Notes: generated by a model not told the origin, from the sequence alone. A stretch of 63,795 nt of DNA, filler included, from Globobulimina sp. (GCA_003354225.1; 50 parts of 50 records of this genome joined end to end with filler, not necessarily neighbours in it); one strand, 5' to 3'; positions 48,723-63,234 are shown, counted from the first letter of the whole stretch. A program made the numbers and translations.

Positions 48723-49748
48723 ATGGCAGCTAAAGAAACAAACCCAAATCAGTTGTTACCCAGAAACGTATTGATAGGGTCACTTGCGATTGCCGCATTT
48801 TTAGGCTTTAAAGTCTACCAAAAATGTGTGATTAACAGGAATGCGAATAAACAAATCGATTACAATGATTATAGCCGCATACTGACAGCGAGCGCGCCGG
48901 GAAAAATAATATTAAGTGGCGAACATGCAGTTGTTTATGGAATGAGTGCCATTTCGACAGCCATTGATAAAAGAACCGCCGTTACAATTTATGAAGCAAA
49001 AGAATCGCAAGATATGAATGCTAAAATAATATTAAAATTAAATGAAGCGGAATTGTGGTGGAATGTAAATAATTTAATAAAGGTTCACAGCAAAAACAAA
49101 GCATTAAACACAGACATTGTACACAAAGAATATGATGGCAACAATGCTTTGATTAAACCAGAAATAATATTCACTGTGAATGAGGTGAAGAAATTACAAA
49201 GCGATGACCCATTATATTCACAAAAGAATTGGGATAAGCAGTTATCTGTGGTATTATTATCATTGTTGTTTTGCGATAAATTTATTAAATTATTTGCAAA
49301 CAAACATTTTATAACATCGGGCATATTAATTGAGGTAAAATCAGATATTCCAATCGGTGCTGGTTTGGGGTCATCGGCGGCATGGTCCACGGCATTAAGT
49401 GGTGCCATTTATTTTTATTATCGATATATTGTCACACATGAAAGACGCGAGAAAGTCTATGCAATGGACAGCAAATCAATGGGGGAAATATGGAGTTTGT
49501 CCTATGATTTGGAAAGAATTCATCATGGAACGCCATCGGGCATTGATAATACCACAGCAATGTATGGCGGATATATCACATTTAAAAAGAAAACAAATTT
49601 TAAAGTGATTGACCGCAAAAAAGAATTTATTCATCAAATGCAATTATTGGTAATAAATACGAACATTGTCGGAAATACAAAATTATTGGTTCAAAATGTG
49701 AGGGAATTACATAGCAAATATGCAGTAATTCTGGATGGTATTTTTGAA
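48723..49748 (+). CDS. MVK: Mevalonate kinase, 3'-partial
   Basis: SAPGKIILSGEHAVVYG, PIGAGLGSSAA, HGTPSGIDN. Confidence 0.95.
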
Positions 49749-50358
49749 NNNNNNNNNNNNNNNNNNNNNNNNNNNNNNNNNNNNNNNNNNNNTTAATTAA
49801 TTAANNNNNNNNNNNNNNNNNNNNNNNNNNNNNNNNNNNNNNNNNNNNTCATCGGCAATAATCGGTTTGAAAAGTCAAGCGATAACAATCATCAATCCAT
49901 ACACACAACCATATATTCCATGATTCAATAATCAATTATTGTTCCATAAAAATCATATGATAATTCCATAAAAATGATATGATAATTCCATAAAAATCCT
50001 GATATTTTCATCCTTTATGATTATTCATTAAGAAAGGACAATTGCGCATTTTCGCACAACAAATTTGTGTTTCTATTTGGAAAAAATAAAAGGTTGGGGG
50101 TTTGGTTGCCCACAAAGGAAAAAGTAGAATATATTTGTGTGGCAAGAGATAGAAAGGAAAATGAGAAAATATCATCATAGTATTGGGGAATATGAATTTG
50201 TGTGATACTTGTTTTGCAAGGATACATTATTTAACATTTTATAAAATATGTCATTTGCGCATAAATGCTGCATTTTTTTAAACAATGAAGCTGCGAAAAG
50301 TTTGTTTTCTTGGCTACAAAGTGCAAGGATATATTAAAATTTGTACTTTTCCGACACA

Positions 50359-51025
50359 TCACACGTCTGACTCTATAACAGGTGTACTGATGGTTCCATA
50401 GGTTAACGTATTTGAGCTCATCATTCTGTGAAAAACACCCCATAGCACAAATACTAAAAACCCTCCACCCGAACAACTAATTACATCAAACAGCGGCAGT
50501 CCTGTAGTAGTATCTTTGTACCTTTCTAATTGTTGCACTGCGGCAACGTTTTCCGATCCAAACAATTTGCCCACAACAAACCGATATTCATATTGTATTT
50601 GAATTTTATTTGCATGCTGTGCTTCGGGAGTGAATATGCACCACGTTTGTTGAATTTCAGTTCGCTCCCTATTCGAATAAAAATCCAAACATTGAATGTC
50701 TTCTGAATGTTGTAATGATGCAGGTAATGTATCAGGATCTTCTCGAAACGAATTATCATTTATAGAATGTTCATTCGGACGGTCTGCTCTAATTATTGCT
50801 AAATATCCTGTTTTAGGTTCTTTTTGACACAGAGAGCTAAGTAATATTTGGTTGGCAACCGCCATATGTTTGATATTTATGAAAGAAGGGTCATATTTGA
50901 CAGTCCACATATTTTTATGAATTTCGGAACTTGTTTTCCCAAAAGTCGAATGCCTGGTACTTCGAGCTCGGATCGAGACCCAGCTTGCCCATGTCGTAGC
51001 CTATATCGATCGGTTCGTCTTCATG
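50359..51025 (-). CDS. Hypothetical protein C-terminal part
   Basis: At least 183 open codons; no motif recognised. Confidence 0.5.
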
Positions 51026-52402
51026 NNNNNNNNNNNNNNNNNNNNNNNNNNNNNNNNNNNNNNNNNNNNTTAATTAATTAANNNNNNNNNNNNNNNNNNN
51101 NNNNNNNNNNNNNNNNNNNNNNNNNCCTGCTATATTAACAGAATAGTGAAAGCTGGTCCACTATATTAACCAAATATGAATCTATTAGCTGCTGGACAGT
51201 CCTAATAGACAAATAAACTTTAAAACTGGATAGTAGCTTGACTACCATATAGACTTGATAGTCACTTGAAATAGGTGATCAGGCTATCTACTCTGACTAT
51301 ATACACAAATGAGAGTGGGTAACCCACAATACTGACAAGATAGCAACTTGGTCACTATAGCAAAAGGGACAAGATAGCAACTTGGTCGCTGTATGGACAA
51401 TTTAAAATTCTAAACTGAGAGCTCCTCCCCGTTTTTTGCAGGAAAAATTGCCCTCAATTTTTAAAATTAACACTCAGGATTTTGGGCGAAAGAGTTGGTA
51501 GAACCTCCATATTTGTAGCGCACGGTCGTCACAAATAGTTCATCTATAGTGCAATGGCTTCGATCACTAGGGGTCCGTGTAGGTTTGAAGGGCAGAGAGT
51601 TACGCCAGACAAACTGCTGAGTAAAGTCTGGGACGAAAGGGGTGAAAAGAGAAGAAAAAGGGGGCAAAGTTACTAAGAAAGGTTAAGAAAGAAAGAGAGG
51701 GGCTCTAATTACTTAAAGAAGGGGCAAAGAAAGTGGCAAACACTAAGAAAAGGGGAAGGAAAGAAAGATTAATTTAAATAGCAGGATGGCAATTTATACT
51801 TGCTCAGCCTTTTATTCCTGAATAAGTACCCAATAAATAACTCTATTAGGGATATTATGCAACCTCCTTAATAGGTTTTATTATATTATAACTCTATTAG
51901 GAATATTTTGCTATCTCCTAGATAGGTTGTATTATATGGCATGAGTAAACAGAGAAACTATTATAATATAAACTAGAATTGATAAAGATTACCTTTTATT
52001 TGTTGACCAATACCAAGTAGAATGCCACATTACTTGGGACAGCCATTATTATAACTTATTATTATTATTATTTAAAAACAGTTTAGCAATGAGAAAAGAA
52101 TAAACAATTAAGTTATAAAGTAAACACTTTATTACTTTCAGAGGTAACTGGCTCACAAATAAGAATATTATTTATTATATTTAATTATTATTTTATTTAA
52201 AAACCGGGTGGAATAATATTACTTTTTAAAATAATTCAAAAACAGAAGAGAGAGAGAACAAAGAGATCACACAAAACGGAGGCGTGAGCTGTAGCTTCTG
52301 TGNNNNNNNNNNNNNNNNNNNNNNNNNNNNNNNNNNNNNNNNNNNNTTAATTAATTAANNNNNNNNNNNNNNNNNNNNNNNNNNNNNNNNNNNNNNNNNN
52401 NN

Positions 52403-53579
52403 GATTTATTCGAGGTGACTGAATTAAACGCAACATATTCTTAGGTCCAATACATTGGAAATTTCGATATTTTATTTTCAATCTTTTTCGGCCATTTACG
52501 CATTGTTCTTTTATTTCGTTTTCGATTCTCTTGAAATTGAATGTTAAATATATTTTCGGTGCTAATTCATTCTGCGAATCGTAACAAATCCACGGTTTGG
52601 TGTTTAATTGGATGATATCCAATATTTTCGTTGTGTTAATCAATTCATTTTGCGTTAAATCAAAGAAATTACAGTTTAATGTCAAATGCTGATCAACGTT
52701 CACAAAATTATTCTGTATATCAATCATATTTTGAATACTCTTTAAATTATTTCGAATCACTGCATTTCCGTGTTTTGCAATTAATGATATTGAGAGTGGA
52801 ATGTTGTGATTTAAATCTGGTAATTTAGTGTTGTTGATAGATATTGCATTCATAGCATTTTTATATTCTGCCAAGAGTTGTTTCCATTCATTCTGATCTC
52901 CCCATTTATTGAGCTTACATTGTTCCAAAACATCTTTCATTTTTAATTTGTTACATCCAGATTCTGATATTGCGCCCATATATTTGCTTTGAATCAATTG
53001 GATCCAATGTCCGATGACGGTCAACTTATTTAAATGCCAAAATTTGCGATTTTGCTGTTTCAGCTTTAATAATATTGGAAAGCTTTTTTTGCCGAACTTA
53101 AAAAATGCCAAAAAACTTTCAACTGTAACCTTAAAAATGATGGCTCGTTCGTAAATCTCGGTGTTAAACTCTTTAATTAGCGGCGTGATAATATTCAAAC
53201 GTTTATCAAAATCCTTTTCTGATTTTGCATATTCAATTTTTCTGTCGACTTCTTTTTGATTTTTATTCCTTTCCATGATTTGTATAATCATTCCAGCCAA
53301 TTTGTTATTTGTGTGCTGAATTTGTTGAATAATTTTCTTTGATTGCAATGCATCGCGAGATAAAACGGCAAATAATTGACCAACAATTTTATCTTCGGTT
53401 GCTTGGTCCCATTTAATTAGATCAGCATTGTCAACCTCAATTATTGTATCTAATTTGCATAAAACATCAATTAAAAATTGCGCATACTTTAAAATGTGAT
53501 TTTCTTTTTGTTGATCAATGTTCGAATCCTCAATTAATTTCAATAATTCATACAATATTTGGTTACACAACTTTTCTGT
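52403..53579 (-). CDS. Internal fragment of a large hypothetical protein (paralogue of 1280-2458)
   Basis: AQFLIDVLCKLD..ATEDKIVGQLFAVLS versus AQFLINLLCKTD..ATEYIIVCKLFVVLS. Confidence 0.8.
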
Positions 53580-53679
53580 NNNNNNNNNNNNNNNNNNNNN
53601 NNNNNNNNNNNNNNNNNNNNNNNTTAATTAATTAANNNNNNNNNNNNNNNNNNNNNNNNNNNNNNNNNNNNNNNNNNNN

Positions 53680-54856
53680 CAACGACCTACTCCAAATCCC
53701 ACACAACGACCTACAACAAATCCCACACAAAGACCTACAACAAATCCCACAGTAAATCCAACTCCATCACCAAGCAATAATTTTACACCATTACCTACTC
53801 CATCACCGTCACCGTCACCGTCATCGTCACCGACAGATAATCCCACTCTAAATACTACACCACGCCCAACTCCACCACCAGCCAATAATTCAATTGTAAT
53901 AACAACTCCATCGATATCGATATCACCAACGAATAAGTCTGCACCGGATAATGTCTTATCCAATGATATAATATCAAATTATGTCTTAAATGACAAATTT
54001 GAGATTGCAGGGTTTACGTTCCCAGCTGCAATCGGTAAGTGCATGAATGAGTACTTTGGCAGTGATACATATATCAAATATGAATGCATTCGCAACGGCA
54101 CCGCCTCCCACACCCTTTATACTGCAAATGATTGCGACGCAAAGTCCATTATATTAAATTCTACCCATTATTATGACCCTCTATACGACGAATTTGAATG
54201 TGATGCGGCACAAAACACATTCATGGAAATATACCTATTTTCCAACAGAAAATGCTCAGAGTCCCAAACAAGTATATTTATTGCAGATGGTGTCTGTATA
54301 CCAATTAATAACAACAATAATGGCACAGAGTATTATAGAGCATACTGCAATGGCTATCACCTTGGAATAGAAGATATCGTGTATTCCAAAGTGTTATTTC
54401 AATATTTCGAGGATGAGGATTGTACATTCCATGCTTTTAAAGGTCAAGAAGTGATACAAGAGCACGATATTTGTCCTTTTCAGCAATACACGATATTGCA
54501 TGATGAGTATTTGTTGCAGCAATCAATATCAATATTTATCGAAGCGGTCGATTGTTTTACCATCGATGTGCGCCAAATGTCGACCACCGATATATTATAT
54601 ACCAATGACCCAACAGTTTCTCCGAAAGCCTTTATTTAGTCCAGTTATAGCGTAGCTGCGGTTTTATTGATTTTGTGCATTGGCTCGATATTCCTCGCCT
54701 TGGTTTTCCATGAATCGAGGCCAGGGACAGATAGACCGAGATATTTTGCCTTAGTCAAATTTTTCAGTGGCTTTGCTGATTTGTATACGGATATTATATT
54801 TACGTTTACTCTCTTATCGCAGCGGAATGCTCTCTGGCTTTATTCCTTTGCCTTTA
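53680..54856 (+). CDS. Pro/Thr-repeat, Cys-rich cell-surface membrane protein with an in-frame TAG at 54637-54639
   Basis: PTxxPT repeats, Cys-rich domain, then TM helices in the same frame after the TAG. Confidence 0.7.
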
Positions 54857-54958
54857 NNNNNNNNNNNNNNNNNNNNNNNNNNNNNNNNNNNNNNNNNNNN
54901 TTAATTAATTAANNNNNNNNNNNNNNNNNNNNNNNNNNNNNNNNNNNNNNNNNNNNAA

Positions 54959-55213
54959 GTATTGAAACAAGTGCATCCCGAGGTAGGTGTAAGCAAAAAA
55001 GCAATGGAAGTCTTAAATTCATTTGTAACGGATGTATTTGATAGAATTTGTGATGAATCTGCTAAATTATGTAAATATTCTGGAAGACAAACGTTGGGTG
55101 CACGAGAAATCCAAGCTGCCACATCCTTGGTATTACCGGGTGAATTAGCTAAACATGCTCAATCTGAAGGCACTAAATCTGTCAATAAATATCATGCTTC
55201 TATCAGCAAATAA
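54959..55213 (+). CDS. H2B: Histone H2B, 5'-partial
   Basis: [24 protein letters not shown]. Confidence 0.97.
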   Translation, partial: VLKQVHPEVGVSKKAMEVLNSFVTDVFDRICDESAKLCKYSGRQTLGAREIQAATSLVLPGELAKHAQSEGTKSVNKYHASISK

Positions 55214-55609
55214 AGCGTTTTTTTGTTTTTTTTTCAAATTGTTATTTGTTTGGAGTTTACATGTTGTAATTTATTAATTAAATTAATTATAATGTTTTTA
55301 TTATTAAATTTGGTATTTTTTTGCATTGCACGTGCGTATGTTTGTGACAGTTTCAATTATAAGTACAAAATTATTGCGTTTTTAAATTATTGTTGCCAAA
55401 AAACGTCATATTTCGACAAAACCGTCTACGCGGACTTATTCATTTCAAAGTCAGGTCCCCTTTAGGAAAATGCACGCATCTCCTCCTCAAAAAAAAATCG
55501 AAAGTTTGATAGTATTAACAAAAAGTAAGAATTCTATTTTTGATGAAAAATCCGAATTAATAAATTCATGTTCTTTCATCAAACCCTTAATAATTATACT
55601 CACAATCAT

Positions 55610-56133
55610 CTAATTGTTAAATGCAACGCCTTCACACTGCACATCAACATTTAGTACATCATTTAACAACATTACTTTCTGTATTATGCGTTTTTTATGT
55701 CCTAATTTATCAATTCCTAACAATCCCAAATCATTGAAAGTTATTGTTTTAATGACAGCCATATTATCAAATCCATTCTCAATAAATAATTTTGTATATT
55801 CAGGCAATCCAACATCGTTCATCATCCATAATTGCACTTTATACAAATCAGTATCGCCATTCATTAATTTCTTCAATATTTCTATCTCTTTGTTAATATG
55901 GCTCAAATCAGTCTTTTTTTCTTCGGTCACAATCAATCTCAAATCATTTATCTGCTCACAGACTGTATTCATACTCTTCTGAATATGCATCAATCCCATT
56001 GATAATGAATCCAATCTCGCATCATATAAAGCAAACTTCTCTTCAACATTCATTCCTATTTCCTGCTCCTCTTTCTCCTTCACCTCCTTATGCGATTTAA
56101 ATTCATTCTCAATATGTATTTTAATCACTTTTA
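55610..56133 (-). CDS. Coiled-coil + SAM domain C-terminus
   Basis: WMMNDVGLPEYTKLFIENGFD..DL..LGIDKLGHKKRI. Confidence 0.85.
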
Positions 56134-56233
56134 NNNNNNNNNNNNNNNNNNNNNNNNNNNNNNNNNNNNNNNNNNNNTTAATTAATTAANNNNNNNNNNN
56201 NNNNNNNNNNNNNNNNNNNNNNNNNNNNNNNNN

Positions 56234-57410
56234 CGAATCTCAAATTTATACGTTTTTAATGTCAAAATCGTTAACATTGTAAACGTACCAAAATAATATG
56301 GAGCCATCCGTGCCGGCGGCAGAAAATAATGCAACGTTTTCTCTCCACCGTTAATTTCTTCGTGTGCTTTGTAAAAAGAATTAGCGCCAAAATGATAGTA
56401 AACTGTGCAATAAAGTTGGAAATTTGCAACAAATCAACAAAAAGTATTTCTCAACTTACTTGCAAAAAATGTACGTATTCCAATACAAACAAAAAAAGGA
56501 ACCAATGAGGCAAATATACCCAGCAATGTGTTCCATTTAAATAATAACATGACCCATGGTAACAATAAAAATAACATCATATCTACGTTTACATACCATA
56601 ACTGACCCAAACACCCTATGTAGTTCAAGTCAAGTCAGACAGGAACGGGAAAATCAATACAAAATAACAACATGTTTTTTTTGTACTAGACGCGTTTGTT
56701 TTGTTACGTCTGTTCAAAAAAAATATTAAGTTGTGTATCTTATATGTACATCATATGTTTGCTTATGGTTTTAAACAATATAAAAAAGTATGTGTGTAAC
56801 AAACCTCCTTCATTCCGTTTATCCATACTAGCATAGAATAGCAATATTTTATACCAAGACTTTGCACACATTTCATAATTATCAACCCGCGAATCAACCT
56901 TATAACCATACGGTATTTGATCGAAAATAAACATCTGCAAAAGCAGCACAAAAACAATCATTGGCAGTAAGCGTAATATTCGATGAAGATATGCCAATGG
57001 TATCCATATATACATTGCACGGAATGCCTTGTGACGATCATATTTTTGTAACTGTCTATGCAATGAAAATGCGCCTAAAAAACCACTTATAAAAAAAAAT
57101 GTCTCAACGGAAAAATCATATTCAGCAAACATCATATATAATTTATTAAAAACGTATGGATAATCATCTGGCATCGCGCCTTGTGGTAATATTCTGTCCG
57201 CTGAGGGTATTCGAAAAGTGTCTAAATTTGCCGTTGCACGTTTGCCGCTGAGGGTAGTCGAACACCAAAATAGATGTACATGTCCCCATACCACCCATAC
57301 CATGGACACAAAGCGCAATCCGTCAAGGAAATTAAATTCCGATTTATTTTCTGGTCGCCGGGAATTAAATATTTTCCATGTATTTTGAATGCTGAAACAA
57401 TATAAAAAAC
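56234..57410 (-). CDS. NRF-6-like O-acyltransferase (acyltransferase-3 family), partial, with introns
   Basis: DGLRFVSMVWVVWGH, VETFFFISGFL, HRILRLLP, WYVNVDM, RMAPY. Confidence 0.9.
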
Positions 57411-57510
57411 NNNNNNNNNNNNNNNNNNNNNNNNNNNNNNNNNNNNNNNNNNNNTTAATTAATTAANNNNNNNNNNNNNNNNNNNNNNNNNNNNNNNNNN
57501 NNNNNNNNNN

Positions 57511-58686
<1,176 letters not shown>

Positions 58687-58844
58687 GNNNNNNNNNNNNN
58701 NNNNNNNNNNNNNNNNNNNNNNNNNNNNNNNTTAATTAATTAANNNNNNNNNNNNNNNNNNNNNNNNNNNNNNNNNNNNNNNNNNNNTATCTATATACCA
58801 ACAAAACATATTAATTTTGTTGTTGGTGATTTGCTGGTACATAA

Positions 58845-58882
58845 ATCCACGTAGCTCAATTGGTAGAACCCTGATTTTCCAT
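58845..58882 (+). pseudogene. tRNA 5'-half remnant (possibly Gly-TCC)
   Basis: TAGCTCAATTGGTAGAAC A-box/D-arm followed by CTGATTTTCCA; no matching 3' half seen. Confidence 0.4.
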
Positions 58883-59154
58883 TAAATATGGCATATTATG
58901 GATACATTAAATATCTATGCATTTAATATGGCAATATTCATATATTAAAATGGCCAAAGACAATTTTTATGGCCTCAAAACCAGTGAAACGTATTATCAA
59001 ACCAGTGAATGTAACACGTATTATTTAGACAATATTTATGGATCAAACGTGTGAAAATGACACGTATTATTTAACCTGTATTAATGATACATATTTAACG
59101 GCATGGTATATATTAATTTATTGTTATTTGGTATCTAATTTTATGTGCACATTT

Positions 59155-59217
59155 ATGATGATAGCTTAAGAAAGCATCTTATTAAAGAAGATTTGGGTTC
59201 AAATCCCAATTATCACA
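59155..59217 (+). ncRNA. tRNA-like element with a reduced anticodon arm
   Basis: Acceptor ATGATGA/TTATCAC, D-arm GCTT-AAGA-AAGC, TCTT-ATTA-AAGA, T-arm TTGGG-TTCAAAT-CCCAA. Confidence 0.55.
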
Positions 59218-59485
59218 TCACACACACAAGCACAAACCAACCAACTCAAAACACATTGATTACATATCTGTACTGATTACATACAAGAAAAACCCATTGA
59301 TTACAACGTTATGTATTTAATATATTGATAGTTTTGCAATGTTAATGTGTATGTGATCAATGCAGGTGAGTCGAAAGTCACTCGATCAATATCACAGTCA
59401 AATAAAAAGAAAAAGACAAAAACAAAACATGTGAAAGGATATATTTGTAAATGTTTATTTTTTTTTTCAATACTTATCTCATTCT

Positions 59486-59604
59486 TGTGTCTGCTGTTAA
59501 GATTTTGTAACATAAAAAAAATGAAAATACTTTTCGAACTGATTGCATTTTTGAGAGCTGTTTGATAAGTTTTTGAAAAAATCAGTACTTATCGGAGAGC
59601 CCTA
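59486..59604. repeat. Dispersed repeat, copy 1 (probable transposon end)
   Basis: Closely matches 60065-60183; similarity stops at GCCCTA. Confidence 0.8.
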
Positions 59605-60064
59605 ATAATTAAAGAAGAATTTTCACTCAAAACTTTGAATTAAACATTTCACCCAACTGTTCTGTGCATTAAAGGGAATGTTGGATTGTTATGGCACACA
59701 GAAAATAAGATAATCCGACTTTGGATAAATGTAGCAATACACCTTGGATATTTTAGATGATGCAGCTGATATACAGCTGATATGTCTGATATGTCTAATA
59801 TCGGAATTATGAACACAGATTATTTTATTTTTAGCAATACAGATACAGTATCTTATGAATAATAACAATACCATTCTCCCATCAGATTTGACGACCATTG
59901 TATTGGAATATGTGCCGTCGTGCACATTAAAGTTATTGCAAGCAAACAATGGCTATACCAAAATNNNNNNNNNNNNNNNNNNNNNNNNNNNNNNNNNNNN
60001 NNNNNNNNTTAATTAATTAANNNNNNNNNNNNNNNNNNNNNNNNNNNNNNNNNNNNNNNNNNNN

Positions 60065-60183
60065 TGTGTGTGTTGTTAAGATTCTGTAATATAAAAAAAA
60101 TGAAAATACTTATTGAACTGATTGCATTTTTGAGAACTGTTTGATAAGTTTTTGAAAAAATCAGTACTTATCGGAAAGCCCTA
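60065..60183. repeat. Dispersed repeat, copy 2
   Basis: Closely matches 59486-59604 with a different 3' flank. Confidence 0.8.
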
Positions 60184-60540
60184 TTTTAAGGTTTTTCATA
60201 TAATGTTAAAAACGAAAACTTTACTTTAATCGTTTAGATACCGCCGACAAAAACAATCAAATCCATAACAGTTACAATCACACAAATAAAAACAAATTGG
60301 ATCGACTACAAAGTGCTAACCACGAAACAATAAAATTTCCAATCAAAGATTATTTATTAGATTTAGTCGCATCACACCACCACAACACACGACATTGACG
60401 TATTTCAACACAAAAAACATTTCAAAAAATAAGTAATGAACGCGGTGGTTAAGCAGCATGTGGAAAAATTGCACATTTTCGTGACAAACAGCATCTCGCT
60501 CATTGCTTATTTTATGAAATCACATATCCATTTCCAATGA

Positions 60541-60722
60541 TTGATATTATGGTTGTTTGTGGATATTATTTGTGAGTTTATTATGGTTGGCTCGATAAGT
60601 CACCGCACAATACGCTGTCCATAAAGCTCAGCATCAAAGAATTTATCCATCGTTTTTGCGGCCGATTACCATTAATAAACTCACTCAAAATAATAAGCAC
60701 AAACAACCATTAATAATATCAA
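60541..60722. repeat. Imperfect inverted repeat with ~50-55 bp arms (MITE or hairpin)
   Basis: TTGATATT..ATGGTTGTTTGTG..GTGAGTTTATT is mirrored by AATAAACTCAC..CACAAACAACCAT..AATATCAA. Confidence 0.7.
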
Positions 60723-60807
60723 AGCCTTCTCAGTCTCAACACCTTCCTTCACCGCATTTCATTTTTTGTTTTGTGTTATACAGAAACGCGGATTTTCATT
60801 TTAAAAA

Positions 60808-61241
60808 ATGGCAAACAAAGAAACAATCATAAAAGACAAAACCACAACGACTCAAACAGAGAAATTAGATTTTCAAATATTCAAAACAGACGCAACAAAC
60901 TGTAATATTAATAAATATGATAACAAGAAAGAAGGTGAAATTATAAAGAATTGCGACCATTTATTGCGAATTGCATATTGTTTGCGATATTATCAATTAT
61001 TATGCCAGAAAGAGAGTGATTTGAATGCGCAGCAAATATTGATTGAGTTTTGCAGTAATTCATATTTAATGTGTTTGTCAGATTATATTCATTTAATGAC
61101 AAAACATTCTGAGACTGAAACCTTAAATAAAATTAGTTATGATTTGCAAAAATGTCATAATATGGAAATATGTGCAAATATGAATGACTGTAAATGGACA
61201 AAAAGACATTATCGAAATAGAGAGGATGAGAAAAATAATAA
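60808..61241 (+). CDS. N-terminus of a multicopy Cys/His-patterned hypothetical protein
   Basis: CDHLLRI..DYIHL..KH..C..C..RHYR; paralogue at 9399-9595. Confidence 0.75.
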
Positions 61242-61341
61242 NNNNNNNNNNNNNNNNNNNNNNNNNNNNNNNNNNNNNNNNNNNNTTAATTAATTAANNN
61301 NNNNNNNNNNNNNNNNNNNNNNNNNNNNNNNNNNNNNNNNN

Positions 61342-62310
61342 GTTGATTGCATTTATGTGGATGATGATATTATTAATATAATTAATAATAACTTGCAGAG
61401 ATTGTTAATATTAACGTTGCAGTTTGAGGACAACAATGACAATCATTATAGCAACGATAATATGAAAGAAAAACAAACACGAAAACATCGGACAATTATA
61501 TTGCCAAAAACGTTAGAATTTATACAAATAATTGCCTTTGATTTGAGTGACACAAAATATAGTTTAGATTTTAGTAAATGTGCGGATTTAATTTGTATAA
61601 AGTTTACAGACTCTACCTTTGTTCGTGATGAATTATTTGATAATGTTATTTGTCAATGTATTCAAAAACGGATAGTATGGAACCAATCATTGATTGAATG
61701 TTTTATTGTTGATGAGATTGACAGAGAATATAATTCGTGTTGGTTTAGGTATTTCCAATCATTGTCTGACCCCGAAATAGATGCGAAATTGCCCAGAATC
61801 CAATTTATTCGGTATACGAATGAAAAGAATGTGAGGATTGTGGCGAAAAAATATAAAGAAATGATTGAAGGGCAAACTGTTTTGCACGAATCGGAATCAC
61901 GGACATCGAGACCGATCACGGCATCACCAATGCTAAAATATAATAATTCGCTATCAATTCATAATAATGAAAACGATGAAATTAATGTAATGTATATTGA
62001 TGATAATTTGTATCATAATCCATTGGAGAATTTGCAGTTGGTAAAGTTGAAAGAAATTGGTCATAACACACACGATTTATATACGATTTTAAGTGAAGAT
62101 GATAATAATCGAATATTGTGGAGATTATTAATTATAAACAAATATAAAAACGATAATGAGATATTAACAAATAAACTGCAAATATACAGGGAATTGATTG
62201 ATGCGAAGGTGATAAAATGGGTTAAATCGCTTGGATATAAAAAAATATTTATGCCATTTGTTAATTTAAGTATTTCAAAGAGATTTAGTCAATATTCAAA
62301 TATTGTTTAA
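61342..62310 (+). CDS. Hypothetical protein C-terminal part
   Basis: At least 317 open codons ending in TAA. Confidence 0.7.
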   Translation, partial: VDCIYVDDDIINIINNNLQRLLILTLQFEDNNDNHYSNDNMKEKQTRKHRTIILPKTLEFIQIIAFDLSDTKYSLDFSKCADLICIKFTDSTFVRDELFDNVICQCIQKRIVWNQSLIECFIVDEIDREYNSCWFRYFQSLSDPEIDAKLPRIQFIRYTNEKNVRIVAKKYKEMIEGQTVLHESESRTSRPITASPMLKYNNSLSIHNNENDEINVMYIDDNLYHNPLENLQLVKLKEIGHNTHDLYTILSEDDNNRILWRLLIINKYKNDNEILTNKLQIYRELIDAKVIKWVKSLGYKKIFMPFVNLSISKRFSQYSNIV

Positions 62311-62618
62311 TGTTGTGAGTTTTGTTGCGTTTTCATTTTGTGTTTGCTGAAAGTAAAATTAGATTAGATTTAGCGTAGTTATATGACTTTGAAAACAATC
62401 TAGCACATAACAGTCATATCACTCATATGTGATAACAATACAAAATTCAAGTAAAGCATTTCCAATATTTTGCGTGGATTTTGGTTACTTTTTGAATAAC
62501 CGCATTAATTTCATGCATNNNNNNNNNNNNNNNNNNNNNNNNNNNNNNNNNNNNNNNNNNNNTTAATTAATTAANNNNNNNNNNNNNNNNNNNNNNNNNN
62601 NNNNNNNNNNNNNNNNNN

Positions 62619-63234
62619 TAATAGAATAATAAAGTAAACCCATACACGCAAACAAAAGATAAAGTTTTGCGCTGATAGAAACGTCACTAACAGCTGGGCC
62701 CTGTCTCTCTACTCGTATCTTTTCTAGACCGAGCCTGCCAGCCACAAAGTCTCGTTTACTAGGACGAGCCATGTATGAATAGATTAGACGACTACGTCGC
62801 TCGGCAAAAGATAACAACATGCGTTTTTTACAAGATAGTTTCTTCTCTACTAAGCCACAAGCATCATTAGGAGATAGTTTAGACTTATTAGTCAATAAAT
62901 ATTGTAAACATAAAAGCTGTGACCATCTATACAAGATAGAATATCGACATAACAAAAAAGTAGAGAATTTGTGAAAGAAAAGCAATTGCTCCGCCGGCAA
63001 AGGCCAACGCGCCTGATGCTTCTCAAGAAATGCTCTATAAAGAGACTTTTTACAAAATGTGCAGAGAATATTACTCTCTCCACACCTGCTAACTTTCAGA
63101 CACAAACACAGGACCGCTATCACCATTTGTAATAATATTAATAAGTAGATGACCGAGTATATATATATTTGTATTAATGTGGAGCTCAATATGGCAACCA
63201 ATAAGCCATCTGAGCCAGTGCTAAATAACCCCAA
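62619..63234 (-). CDS. Unidentified hydrophobic/basic ORF
   Basis: About 205 open codons; composition unlike the other contigs. Confidence 0.3.

Noticed and set aside
51126-52302. Short direct repeats (GACAAGATAGCAACTTGGTC x2, ATAACTCTATTAGG x2)
   Set aside because: Only two copies each, with no array or ORF; ordinary local duplications.
58845-59217. One tRNA split by a 300-nt intron
   Set aside because: The 5' acceptor strand ATCCACG does not pair with TTATCAC, which has its own partner at 59155.
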